Below are positions 1 through 8,367 of a DNA stretch of 32,000 nt, piece after piece; the stretch's first letter is position 1; every line of letters begins with the position of its first letter. Made by a program: the position numbers and the translations under genes. The notes beneath the pieces were generated by a model, which made no database searches, was not told the origin of the DNA, and saw only the letters and a program-made list of their open reading frames with translations. The stretch comes from Candidatus Electronema halotolerans (GTDB lineage Bacteria > Desulfobacterota > Desulfobulbia > Desulfobulbales > Desulfobulbaceae): contig OW818675.1 of the NCBI GenBank assembly GCA_942493095.1, forward strand, positions 2,190,001-2,222,000. Reading direction: 5' to 3'.

Positions 1-378
1 AGCTTCCGGCACGGATGTGTCCGCATCATCCTCCATGCTGAAGAAGTCATCCAAGCCCTCATCTTCCGCTTCAGGCAGGGCCGCCGCTTCAGCATCCGGC
101 TCTGGAGCTTCCTCATCGCCGAAGAGACTTTCAGCTCCAAGCATGTCGTCAGCATCGTCCAAACTCAAACTGGCCGCGTCCTCAGCTTCAGCTTCCGGCA
201 CGGAAGTGTCCGCATCATCCTCCATGCTGAAGAAGTCATCCAAGCCCTCATCTTCCGCTTCAGGCAGGGCCGCCGCTTCAGCATCCGGTTCTGGAGCTTC
301 CTCCTCGCCGAAGAGACTTTCAGCCCCCAGCATGTCGTCAGCATCGTCCAGACTCAGACTGGCCGCTTCCTCTGCTTC
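1..378. repeat. Near-identical 189-bp (63 aa) in-frame tandem duplication in the acidic protein gene
   Basis: agcttccggcacggatgtgtccgcatcatcctccatgctgaagaagtcatcc... at position 1 recurs at position 190 with only a few substitutions; divergence begins near 379. Confidence 0.85.
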
Positions 379-3129
379 AGCTTGTTTTGTCTCTGGAGCT
401 TCCTCATCATCAAAAAGGCTGTCAGCAGTCAGTTCTTCAACATCGTCCAGACTCAAGCTGGCTATTTCGCCAGCATCCGACGGCTCTGCTGGCGTCTCTT
501 CTGCTCCGAAGAGACTTTCAGTTCCAAGCATGTCGGCATCGTCCAAATGCAGAGCGGTGGTTTCTTCAGCTTCTGGTGCGGACGTATCTGTGTCCTCATC
601 CATGCTGAAGAAACTGTCAGCACTCAGTTCTTCCGCATCGTCGAAACCAAGACTGGCTGATTCCTCTTCAGCGTCTGGCGCGGCTGCGTCTAACTCTTCA
701 TCCATGCTGAAAAAGTCATCCATGCCATCATCCTCTGCATCAGACAAAGTTGCCACTTCCGGCTCTGGAGTTTCTTCTGCTCCGAAGAGTTTGTCAGCTT
801 CCAGCATGTCAACATCATCCAAGCTCAGGCTGGCTGACTCCTCTTCAATTTCCGGCGGCTCTGTCTCTGCTGGGGCATCTTCTTCTCCAAAGACAAGACT
901 TTCAGCTTCCAGCATGTCAGCATCGTCCAAGCTCAAGCTGGCCGCTTCCTCAGCTTCAGGTTCAGTTGCGGATGTGTCGGCATTTTCATTCACCATTCCA
1001 GCCGCCGGTTCCGACTCTGAAGTTTTCTCATCGTCAAAAAGACGTTCAGCTCCAAACATGTCGTCATCAAGGTTGAAGAAAGAATCCAACTCGTCATCTT
1101 CTTCCTCAGACTGGGCAGCCGCCTTTTTTTCCAGCTGCGACCCTTCCTCAGCCTTGACCGCAGGCGCGTCATCATCAAAACTGAGAAGGGAGTCCATGCC
1201 GTCATCCTCTGCATCAGACAAAGCTGCGACAGGCTCCTCTGTCAGAGGGCTTTCCTCCGCCTCAGTTTTCAAGGCGGCAGCAGGCTCATTGTCGTCATCA
1301 AAATTGAAGAAAGAGTCTAATTCGTCATCGCTGTCGTCATCTTCATCATCCTCTCCAACCAAGGCGGCAACCGGCTGCGCTGGCACCGACTTCTCTGTCA
1401 AGGGACTGTCTTCCGTCTCTGTTTTCAAGGCGGCAGCAGGCTCATCGTCGTCATCAAAGTTGAAGAAGGAGTCTAATTCTAATTCATCATCCTCGTCGTC
1501 ATCTTCATCATCTTCTCCGGCCAAGGCGGCAACCGGCTGCGCTGGCACCGACTTCTCTGTCAAGGAACTGTTTTCCGTCTCAGCTTTCAAGGCGGCAGCA
1601 GGCTCATCGTCGTCATCAAAGTTGAAGAAGGAGTCTAATTCTAATTCAGAATCGTCATCATCTGAAGTCTCCGCAAGAGACATCGCAGGTTCGGCTGGCT
1701 CTGTTTCCAGATTTGCGCTCTTTTCTGTTTTATGCTGCGGACTCTCTACTGTCTGAGCTGCTCCGCCTGTATCTTCATCATCAAAATTAAAAAAGGAATC
1801 CAGTTTCTCATCAAATTCCGCCGCCCGCTCTTCCGTGATATCGCTTTCCAGTTTGGCAGCAAAGCCTCCTTCCTCATCCTCATCCGCCAAAGCCGGTGTC
1901 ACCCCTCCGTCACTGCTGAAAAGAGCTTCTCCCGGCCATTCATCATCGTCATCCTCATCCGCCGCAGGACGCAGCGAGGCGGCGGCTTGTGCAGGAGCCG
2001 CCTTTTCTGCAGGCGGAGCTTGTTTTGCAACAGCGTCCTCAGCAAAAAGATCATCTGCGGAACTGTCGTCCTCGTCATCAAACAGGTCCTCAATATCCAT
2101 CTCATCATCGGCAGCCGCGCTCGTCTCCTCCTGAGCAGCCGGTGCCTTTCCGGCGGCAGGAGCAGGCTCCTGTTCCGCTGAAGGCGCAACCTCCTCCTCT
2201 TCGGCCTCTGCGGCAGCGGCGGAACCTGCGGATTTGGCAATGACATCTTTCAAACTGTTGAGGCTGCCGATCTGCTCCACCAATATCTGCCGCCGCTGTT
2301 CCGCCGCCAAATTGGGACTGTCCAGCAGCATTTTCAGCGCATCATAAAAGGAATGGAGAATGGTGAAGGAATCTGGATGGGCATTGCTGGTCTGCTCGCG
2401 GATATAGGCTCCCAAGGCTTGCAGCCCCTGCACTAAGACCTGCGCCTCGGTGTTGCCGCTCAGATGCTGGCGCAGCGCAGATGCCTGCTGGTGGAATTGC
2501 TCCAAGCCCTCATCCGTGACATCCCACTCCAGACCAAGAATAGTGGCCTCCATGCTGCGGAGCGGCTCTGGAATATTGCTCTTCTCCTCTTCAGGAGCCG
2601 ACTTCTCAGGCGCAGGGGCAACGACAAGCTCCTCCTGCTCTTCCGCAACAGCCTCAGAAGGAGGCTCCTTGGCGGCCTTGGCCTTCCGCAGCGCGCTGAT
2701 TTGATACTGGAGGACCTTGAACTTGCGGATGTCGGCCTTGAGCATGGCCGTGATGTTCTCGCCGCTGATGTTGGGTGAGGAAATTATTTTTTCATAGTTG
2801 TAATAGAGCGTGAGCAGCAGCTTGATGGCATTGGGGTGAGCGTAGGCGCCTTCCGCCCGCAGATACTGCCCCACATTGTCCATGCCTTGGAGGTAAATCT
2901 GCGCGACCTTGTCCTCTTTCCAGAGGGCTTTCAGGTTGGCCAACTCTTCACTCAACTCAGTCAGGATATCATCGGTGATGTCCCAGTCCAGCGAGAGAAC
3001 GATTGATTTGAGTCTGAGCAGCGGCGAATCATCATCCTCTGCAAATTCAAACAAATCAACCTCTTCTGTATCAAACGACTCGTCTGCAAACTGGGTGAGA
3101 TCTTCAAACTCGTTGATTGAAGGGGCCAT
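1..3129 (-). CDS. Acidic, repeat-rich protein next to mglA-like gene (C-terminus runs off window start); two related N-terminal domains followed by acidic repeats ending in DSFFNFDDDDEPAAALK and a 63-aa tandem repeat
   Basis: The minus frame aligned to each 60-nt line reads from ATG at 3129 as MAPSINEFEDLTQFADESFDTEEVDLFEFAEDDDSPLLRLKSIVLSLDWDITDDILTELSEEL... I translated most lines of this frame by hand and found no stop. It is missing from the ORF track because it is incomplete at position 1. Confidence 0.85.
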   Translation of the reverse strand, partial: MAPSINEFEDLTQFADESFDTEEVDLFEFAEDDDSPLLRLKSIVLSLDWDITDDILTELSEELANLKALWKEDKVAQIYLQGMDNVGQYLRAEGAYAHPNAIKLLLTLYYNYEKIISSPNISGENITAMLKADIRKFKVLQYQISALRKAKAAKEPPSEAVAEEQEELVVAPAPEKSAPEEEKSNIPEPLRSMEATILGLEWDVTDEGLEQFHQQASALRQHLSGNTEAQVLVQGLQALGAYIREQTSNAHPDSFTILHSFYDALKMLLDSPNLAAEQRRQILVEQIGSLNSLKDVIAKSAGSAAAAEAEEEEVAPSAEQEPAPAAGKAPAAQEETSAAADDEMDIEDLFDDEDDSSADDLFAEDAVAKQAPPAEKAAPAQAAASLRPAADEDDDDEWPGEALFSSDGGVTPALADEDEEGGFAAKLESDITEERAAEFDEKLDSFFNFDDEDTGGAAQTVESPQHKTEKSANLETEPAEPAMSLAETSDDDDSELELDSFFNFDDDDEPAAALKAETENSSLTEKSVPAQPVAALAGEDDEDDDEDDELELDSFFNFDDDDEPAAALKTETEDSPLTEKSVPAQPVAALVGEDDEDDDSDDELDSFFNFDDDNEPAAALKTEAEESPLTEEPVAALSDAEDDGMDSLLSFDDDAPAVKAEEGSQLEKKAAAQSEEEDDELDSFFNLDDDMFGAERLFDDEKTSESEPAAGMVNENADTSATEPEAEEAASLSLDDADMLEAESLVFGEEDAPAETEPPEIEEESASLSLDDVDMLEADKLFGAEETPEPEVATLSDAEDDGMDDFFSMDEELDAAAPDAEEESASLGFDDAEELSADSFFSMDEDTDTSAPEAEETTALHLDDADMLGTESLFGAEETPAEPSDAGEIASLSLDDVEELTADSLFDDEEAPETKQAEAEEAASLSLDDADDMLGAESLFGEEEAPEPDAEAAALPEAEDEGLDDFFSMEDDADTSVPEAEAEDAASLSLDDADDMLGAESLFGDEEAPEPDAEAAALPEAEDEGLDDFFSMEDDADTSVPEA

Positions 3130-3185
3130 AATCTTGTCCGGTCTCGTCAGCGGCGCGGCATCAGTTCAAATGGGGCTGGTTCCTG

Positions 3186-3791
3186 TCAGAGCAGCTTCTT
3201 CTGCACCGACACCACGGTCAGAGAAATTATTTTTTTCAGAGTTTCAGGCACATTATGTCCGGTCAGCGCACTGGCCTCAAAATAGGGAACCTTGAGCTTG
3301 CTGTTCAGGTCCTGCTCCAGCACCGAAGTGGGCAGAATAGGGATGCCCTGATCGCGCAGGTCAACCTTGTTGTACTGCATGACCAAGGGGATTCTGAAGA
3401 TTGACTCCTTGTATTCCTTGAGGTTTTCGTGGAGCTGATTCAGGGAGCGGATGTTCTTCTCCCGCATGGCCTCCTGCGCGTCCGCGACAAAGACAAGGCC
3501 GTCAACCCCTTTCAGGACCAGCTTGCGGGTGGCGTTGTACTTCACTTGGCCAGGCACGGTGTAGAGCTGAATTTTCAGCTCATAGCCTTTGATCTTGCCC
3601 ATGTCAAAGGGCAGGAAGTCGAAGAACAGAGTCCGGTCGCCGTGCGTTTTCAGACTGACCATCTCAGACTGAATCTGCTTGCTGAATTTCCGGTTGATGT
3701 ACTCAAGGTTTGAGGTCTTGCCGCCCCGGCCAGGCCCGTAGTAAACAACTTTTACTTGAACAATTTTTTCGCGCAGATTTATGAAACTCAA
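3186..3791 (-). CDS. mglA: MglA-like Ras-superfamily small GTPase
   Basis: 201 aa; P-loop YYGPGRGGKTSNLEYI, typical of MglA-type GTPases, plus FLPFDMG, LYTVPGQVKYNATRKLVLKGVDGLVFVAD and NKVDL motifs. Confidence 0.88.
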   Translation of the reverse strand: MSFINLREKIVQVKVVYYGPGRGGKTSNLEYINRKFSKQIQSEMVSLKTHGDRTLFFDFLPFDMGKIKGYELKIQLYTVPGQVKYNATRKLVLKGVDGLVFVADAQEAMREKNIRSLNQLHENLKEYKESIFRIPLVMQYNKVDLRDQGIPILPTSVLEQDLNSKLKVPYFEASALTGHNVPETLKKIISLTVVSVQKKLL

Positions 3792-3848
3792 GGCAGTCTC
3801 CTGCTGAATGGATTGATGCTGTTGACAGCAGATGAAAAAAAGCCCCCG

Positions 3849-4247
3849 TCACTTGCTTCCCCAGAGCTTGCGGATCTGCTCCAAGGCCTTGACCACGTTC
3901 AGCCGCAGAAAACCAAGCGAGATATGCTTGCCGAACATAGTGATGAGCAGCAGCTCCTCATCCACTTTGGAAAAATGGATGTTGCAGTCCGTGCCCTTAT
4001 GAAAGAGCAGGGAGAACTCCTGCTCGCCCACGAGCTTGGCCATTGCGTCAACCGTGGCGAAGTTGCCGGCTGCCAGAGCGGCGAAGGAATAGACATCATA
4101 CTTGGTGGCACCGTTGTCCTTGGCAGTGATGATGTTGCCTGCCATGTCAATGATGATGACACAGTCAACCCCGATCTTTATGAGCTGCTCGGATAAAATT
4201 TCATCAATTTTTTCAAGCTGCTCCTGACTGACTACACCGTAGTTCAT
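3849..4247 (-). CDS. Roadblock/LC7 domain protein (MglB-like)
   Basis: 132 aa, VSQEQLEKIDEILSEQLIKIGVDCVIIIDMAGNIITAKDNG...DVYSFAALAAGNFATVDAMAKLVGEQEFSLLFHKG; directly upstream of the mglA-like gene. Confidence 0.8.
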   Translation of the reverse strand: MNYGVVSQEQLEKIDEILSEQLIKIGVDCVIIIDMAGNIITAKDNGATKYDVYSFAALAAGNFATVDAMAKLVGEQEFSLLFHKGTDCNIHFSKVDEELLLITMFGKHISLGFLRLNVVKALEQIRKLWGSK

Positions 4248-4494
4248 CTGGTATCCTCATTCACTTTGCTGTGGTTGTCCGGCAGCGGCCCGCCGGTAGG
4301 TCTCATTTTTTTGACTATACGCCAAATCATCTGGCATATGAAGCTATTTTTGTAATATGTTCACCTGTTTTTTTTACCTGCGCGGTCCTTGGCGAAAAAA
4401 AAACAAGCTGGCAGTGCTGCGGCAAAGCACCAGCAGAAAAGAGAGGTCCCTGCTGAATTTTCGCGGCTGCATTCGATTTTGTCAAGCATATCTC

Positions 4495-4525
4495 CTCCCC
4501 GGCGGTGCTGCCCGCCGCCGGGGAG
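4495..4525. terminator. GC-rich stem-loop just past the lptE stop codon
   Basis: Perfect 11-bp arms ctccccggcgg / ccgccggggag, followed by TTTT on the plus strand only. Confidence 0.4.
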
Positions 4526-4536
4526 TTTTGCTGCTC

Positions 4537-5070
4537 TCAGCCCTGTTTTCTCGACATTTTGCGGATTCTGGAAATGGTGCCGAGATAAATTTTTTCGGCA
4601 ACATCATCAAGAATCTGCTCAATGGCCTCATCCTCGTTGCCCGCATTCTGCACGACCGTGTTGTAATCTTCGGTCCAGACCTCGTTCGGGGCCTCCCAGA
4701 CGATTTCGCCGGTCTTCAGGTCTTTGAGCACGTAACGAAGGACCAATTCAACTTTGACATCCGTGGTCCGAGCCGAGCTGTCCCAGCCAATGCCGGGCAG
4801 ATGGATGGAGACGATTTCGCCGGCCAGAATCATGTCTGCGCTTTCCTTTTCCTTGGTCAGACTGAGCTTGTCTGATTTCAGGAACCATGAGGACAGGGCT
4901 TTGTACATGGAGCTGTCAATGCCGAGCCGGTCAGTGCGGTTTTTCCATGTCGGCATGTAGATGGACACTTCCGGTCCGTCATAGACATTGGGAAAATAAT
5001 AGCCGCCGCAGCTGGCCAGCAGCAGGGAGAGGCAGAGGACAAGCAGCAGTTTTGCAGATGGTCTGTTCAC
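4537..5070 (-). CDS. lptE: LPS-assembly lipoprotein LptE-like
   Basis: Lipobox LLLASCGGYYFP; LptE-like GPEVSIYMPTWKNRTDRLGID; directly downstream of leuS. Confidence 0.7.
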   Translation of the reverse strand: MNRPSAKLLLVLCLSLLLASCGGYYFPNVYDGPEVSIYMPTWKNRTDRLGIDSSMYKALSSWFLKSDKLSLTKEKESADMILAGEIVSIHLPGIGWDSSARTTDVKVELVLRYVLKDLKTGEIVWEAPNEVWTEDYNTVVQNAGNEDEAIEQILDDVAEKIYLGTISRIRKMSRKQG

Positions 5071-5094
5071 AGTCAGCTCCTTAGATTAGTCATA

Positions 5095-7599
5095 TCACCT
5101 GATGACAATATTAACAAGTTTGCCCTTGACCACAATGATTTTCTGAACCGTCCTGCCTGCCGTGAAGCTGCTCACCCGCTCATCAGCCAAGGCCAAGGTC
5201 TTGATCTCCTCCTCGCCGGTCTCGACCGGAACCTGAAGCCGGGAGCGCAACTTGCCGTTGACTTGAACGATAATGGTCAGCTCATCTTCCTCTGCTGCCG
5301 ATGGATCGAATTCCGGCCAGCTCTGCGTCCGCAAAGGCTGACTGTGGCCGGTGCCTTGCCATAATTCCTCACAGAAATGCGGCATCATCGGGAAGAGCAG
5401 GAGCAGCACGGTTTCCAGAGCTTCCCGCAAAACCGCAGGAGCAGCAGGCTCGGCAGCATCTTCGCCTGCAACCGCGCTGACCTGATTGACCAGCTCCATC
5501 ACCCCGGAAATGGCGGTGTTGAAATGAAAGTTAGTTTCAATGCTGTCTGTAACCCGGCGGATGGTTTGGTGGGTTTTGCGGTGGAGCTGGCGGTCAGCCG
5601 GGGCAAGCTGATCAAGGTCGATTCTGTCTTCATGTTCCTCAAAGCAGGCCAAGTTGCCCTGAATCAGCCGGAAAACCCGGTTGAGGAAACGGAAACAGCC
5701 TTCCACGCCCTGCGGATTCCATTCCAAATCACGCTCCGGCGGGGCGGCAAAGAGGGCGAAGAGCCGCACCGTGTCTGCGCCGTACTGCTGAATCAAATCG
5801 TTCGGGTCAACCACATTGCCTTTGGATTTTGACATCTTGGCCCCGTCCTTGATCACCATGCCCTGAGTGAGCAGGTTGCTGAACGGCTCGTCAATGCTCA
5901 GATAACCAAGATCACGCAGCAGTTTGGTGAAAAAACGAGAATAGAGCAGATGGAGAATCGCGTGTTCCACCCCGCCGATGTACTGATCAACCGACAGCCA
6001 GTATGTGCCTGCCTCGTGGTCGATCAGACCGGTCTCGGAGCGCGGGCTGATATAGCGGGCAAAATACCACGATGACTCCATAAAGGTGTCCATCGTGTCG
6101 GTCTCGCGCTTGGCAGGCTGGCCGCATTTGGGGCAGGTGGTTGTATAAAAATCCTCCTGCTGATGGAGCGGGGCCGAGCTGCCGTAAGGCGGCTCAGTGC
6201 CGGGCAGCACCACCGGGAGCTGTTCTGCTGGAACCGGAACTGCGCCGCAGCTCTCGCAGTGAATGACCGGAATCGGCGCGCCCCAATAACGCTGGCGGGA
6301 GATGCCCCAGTCACGCAGCCGCCACGTAGTATGCGCCTTACCAAAGCCCTGCTGTTCCGCCTCGGCAATGATGGCCTGTTTCGCCTCTGCCGCAGGCAGG
6401 CCGGAGAACGTGCCTGAATCCGCAAGCACCCCGTCGCCTTCCCAAGCCGCCTCCATGCTGCCGCCGTCGAGCCGCTCTTCCGGCTGCACCACTGGGCGCA
6501 CTGGCAGGCCGTATTTGCGGGCAAACTCAAAGTCGCGCTGATCATGAGCAGGCACAGCCATGACCGCGCCAGTGCCGTATTCCATCAGGACAAAGTTGGC
6601 CACATAAATCGGCACCCGCTCGCCAGTGAAGGGATTAAGGCAGTATGCGCCCGTGAAAATGCCGTGCTTTTCCGGCTCCTGATCCAAGGCCATGCGCTGC
6701 TTTTCCAGCAAGGTCTGCTCAATGAAGCCGCGCACTGCCGCCTCCTGCTCCGTGCCTGCGATCAACGAGTCAATCAGCGGATGCTCTGGGGCCAAGGACA
6801 TGAAGGTCACGCCGAAAATCGTGTCAGGCCGGGTGGTGAAGATGGTGATCTTCCCGTCCCGGCCTTCGAGCGGAAAATCGCAGGCCAGACCTTGGCTTTT
6901 GCCGATCCAGTTGCGCTGCATGGTCACGACTTTTTCCGGCCAGCCGCCCAGCTTGTCCAAATCAGCCAGCAATTCCTCCGCATAGTCGGTGATCTTGAGG
7001 AACCAGCCGTGCATGTTTTTCGGCACCACTTGGCTGTCGCAGCGCCAGCAGCAGCCATTGATCACCTGCTCGCGGGCCAGAACCGTGGCGCAGCTCTCGC
7101 ACCAGTTGACCGTAGTTTTCTTGCGATAAACCAGCCCTTTTTCCAGAAGCTGGAGAAAGACGCGCTGCTCCCAGCGGTAGTATTCCGGGCGGCAGGTGGC
7201 GATTTCCCGATCCCAATCATAGCTCAGGCCCATTGCCTTGAGCTGGCCGCGCATGTAGGCAATATTGCTGTAGGTCCACTCAGCCGGATGGACACCGTGC
7301 TTGAGGGCGGCGTTTTCCGCAGGCAGGCCAAAGGCATCCCAGCCCATCGGATGAAGGACGTTGAAGCCGCGCATCCGTTTGTAGCGGGCGATCACGTCAC
7401 CGATGGAGTAATTGCGGACATGCCCTATATGAATGCGGCCCGATGGATAGGGGAACATCTCCAAAACATAATATTTGGGCCGCTGCGGGTCCGCGCTGAC
7501 CTTGTCCGGCTTTTCCTCCTGCCAGAGCCGCTGCCATTTGGCTTCAATCTGTCTGAAATCGTATTTAAGATCCTGCCTGCTGGTGTCCATAATCGTCAT
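5095..7599 (-). CDS. leuS: Leucine--tRNA ligase
   Basis: 834 aa; MFPYPSGRIHIGHVRNY (HIGH motif), KMSKSKGNVVDPN (KMSKS motif) and editing-domain ITIFTTRPDTIFGVTF. Confidence 0.97.
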   Translation of the reverse strand: MTIMDTSRQDLKYDFRQIEAKWQRLWQEEKPDKVSADPQRPKYYVLEMFPYPSGRIHIGHVRNYSIGDVIARYKRMRGFNVLHPMGWDAFGLPAENAALKHGVHPAEWTYSNIAYMRGQLKAMGLSYDWDREIATCRPEYYRWEQRVFLQLLEKGLVYRKKTTVNWCESCATVLAREQVINGCCWRCDSQVVPKNMHGWFLKITDYAEELLADLDKLGGWPEKVVTMQRNWIGKSQGLACDFPLEGRDGKITIFTTRPDTIFGVTFMSLAPEHPLIDSLIAGTEQEAAVRGFIEQTLLEKQRMALDQEPEKHGIFTGAYCLNPFTGERVPIYVANFVLMEYGTGAVMAVPAHDQRDFEFARKYGLPVRPVVQPEERLDGGSMEAAWEGDGVLADSGTFSGLPAAEAKQAIIAEAEQQGFGKAHTTWRLRDWGISRQRYWGAPIPVIHCESCGAVPVPAEQLPVVLPGTEPPYGSSAPLHQQEDFYTTTCPKCGQPAKRETDTMDTFMESSWYFARYISPRSETGLIDHEAGTYWLSVDQYIGGVEHAILHLLYSRFFTKLLRDLGYLSIDEPFSNLLTQGMVIKDGAKMSKSKGNVVDPNDLIQQYGADTVRLFALFAAPPERDLEWNPQGVEGCFRFLNRVFRLIQGNLACFEEHEDRIDLDQLAPADRQLHRKTHQTIRRVTDSIETNFHFNTAISGVMELVNQVSAVAGEDAAEPAAPAVLREALETVLLLLFPMMPHFCEELWQGTGHSQPLRTQSWPEFDPSAAEEDELTIIVQVNGKLRSRLQVPVETGEEEIKTLALADERVSSFTAGRTVQKIIVVKGKLVNIVIR

Positions 7600-7854
7600 T
7601 CTGCCTGAAAGGAATTTTTTTGTTGACCGGAGTCAGCATGCAATTGCCGCGTTTTTTCCGCCATCCATCCAGCTCGCGGCAAGTGCAACTAAATGTTACT
7701 GCAACGAAAACGGTGAGTTGTGGCAGTATGGCGGCTCAATTATCACGACCTGACAAGAAAAGCGGAGATGGAAAACTGCCAAACAACTCACCGCAGCAGA
7801 ACGTAACCAGATTTGCGCTTTGAAGCAAGCAGGATTTGCGCCATCGGTCATAGT

Positions 7855-8367
7855 TCAAACCACAGACGTGCTGTCAACGTAACCTTGCTGGAGCAACAGC
7901 TGCCTAATCCGTGTTGTCCATTCTCTCCCCTGCGGCTCCAGCACACACCGCCGCCCTGTTTCTCCGGCTGCCGCCAAGGTGATGTCCAGCCGCTGGGCCG
8001 GGCAGATGCTGCCGAGCCGGTCCGGCCATTCAATCACGGTCAGGCCGCTGCTGCCGATATAATCAAGCAGCCCGGCCCCTTCCACATCCTCCTCGCCAGC
8101 CAAGCGGTAGCAGTCAAGATGAAACAGGGGCAGGCGGCCCTTGTATTCATGAAGCAGGGCAAAGGAGGGGCTGCTGACATATTGCTCCGGCGGCACTTCC
8201 AGCCCGGCGGCAATGGCTTGGGTCAGGGTGGTCTTGCCGACCCCAAGCCCGCCGTGCAGCAGGATCACGTCCTTGGGCCGAGCCAGCCTGCCGAGCTGAC
8301 GGCCCAGAGTGGCTGTGGCTGCCAAATCAGGCAGCAGCAGCTCTGTTGCCATTATTTGGCCCACCAT
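7855..8367 (-). CDS. tsaE: tRNA threonylcarbamoyladenosine biosynthesis ATPase TsaE
   Basis: LLHGGLGVGKTTLTQAIAAGL, SPSFALLHEYKGRLPLFHLDCYRL, LTVIEWPDRLG. Confidence 0.92.
   Translation of the reverse strand: MVGQIMATELLLPDLAATATLGRQLGRLARPKDVILLHGGLGVGKTTLTQAIAAGLEVPPEQYVSSPSFALLHEYKGRLPLFHLDCYRLAGEEDVEGAGLLDYIGSSGLTVIEWPDRLGSICPAQRLDITLAAAGETGRRCVLEPQGREWTTRIRQLLLQQGYVDSTSVV

Noticed and set aside
17-1756. 579-aa plus-strand ORF rich in Ser/Ala (MSASSSMLKKSSKPSSSASG...)
   Set aside because: It is the shadow of the acidic minus-strand gene; the minus frame is open for over 3.1 kb and encodes globular N-terminal domains, while the plus ORF is pure low-complexity.
6544-7608. 354-aa plus-strand ORF
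   Set aside because: Antisense to leuS, whose motifs are unmistakable.
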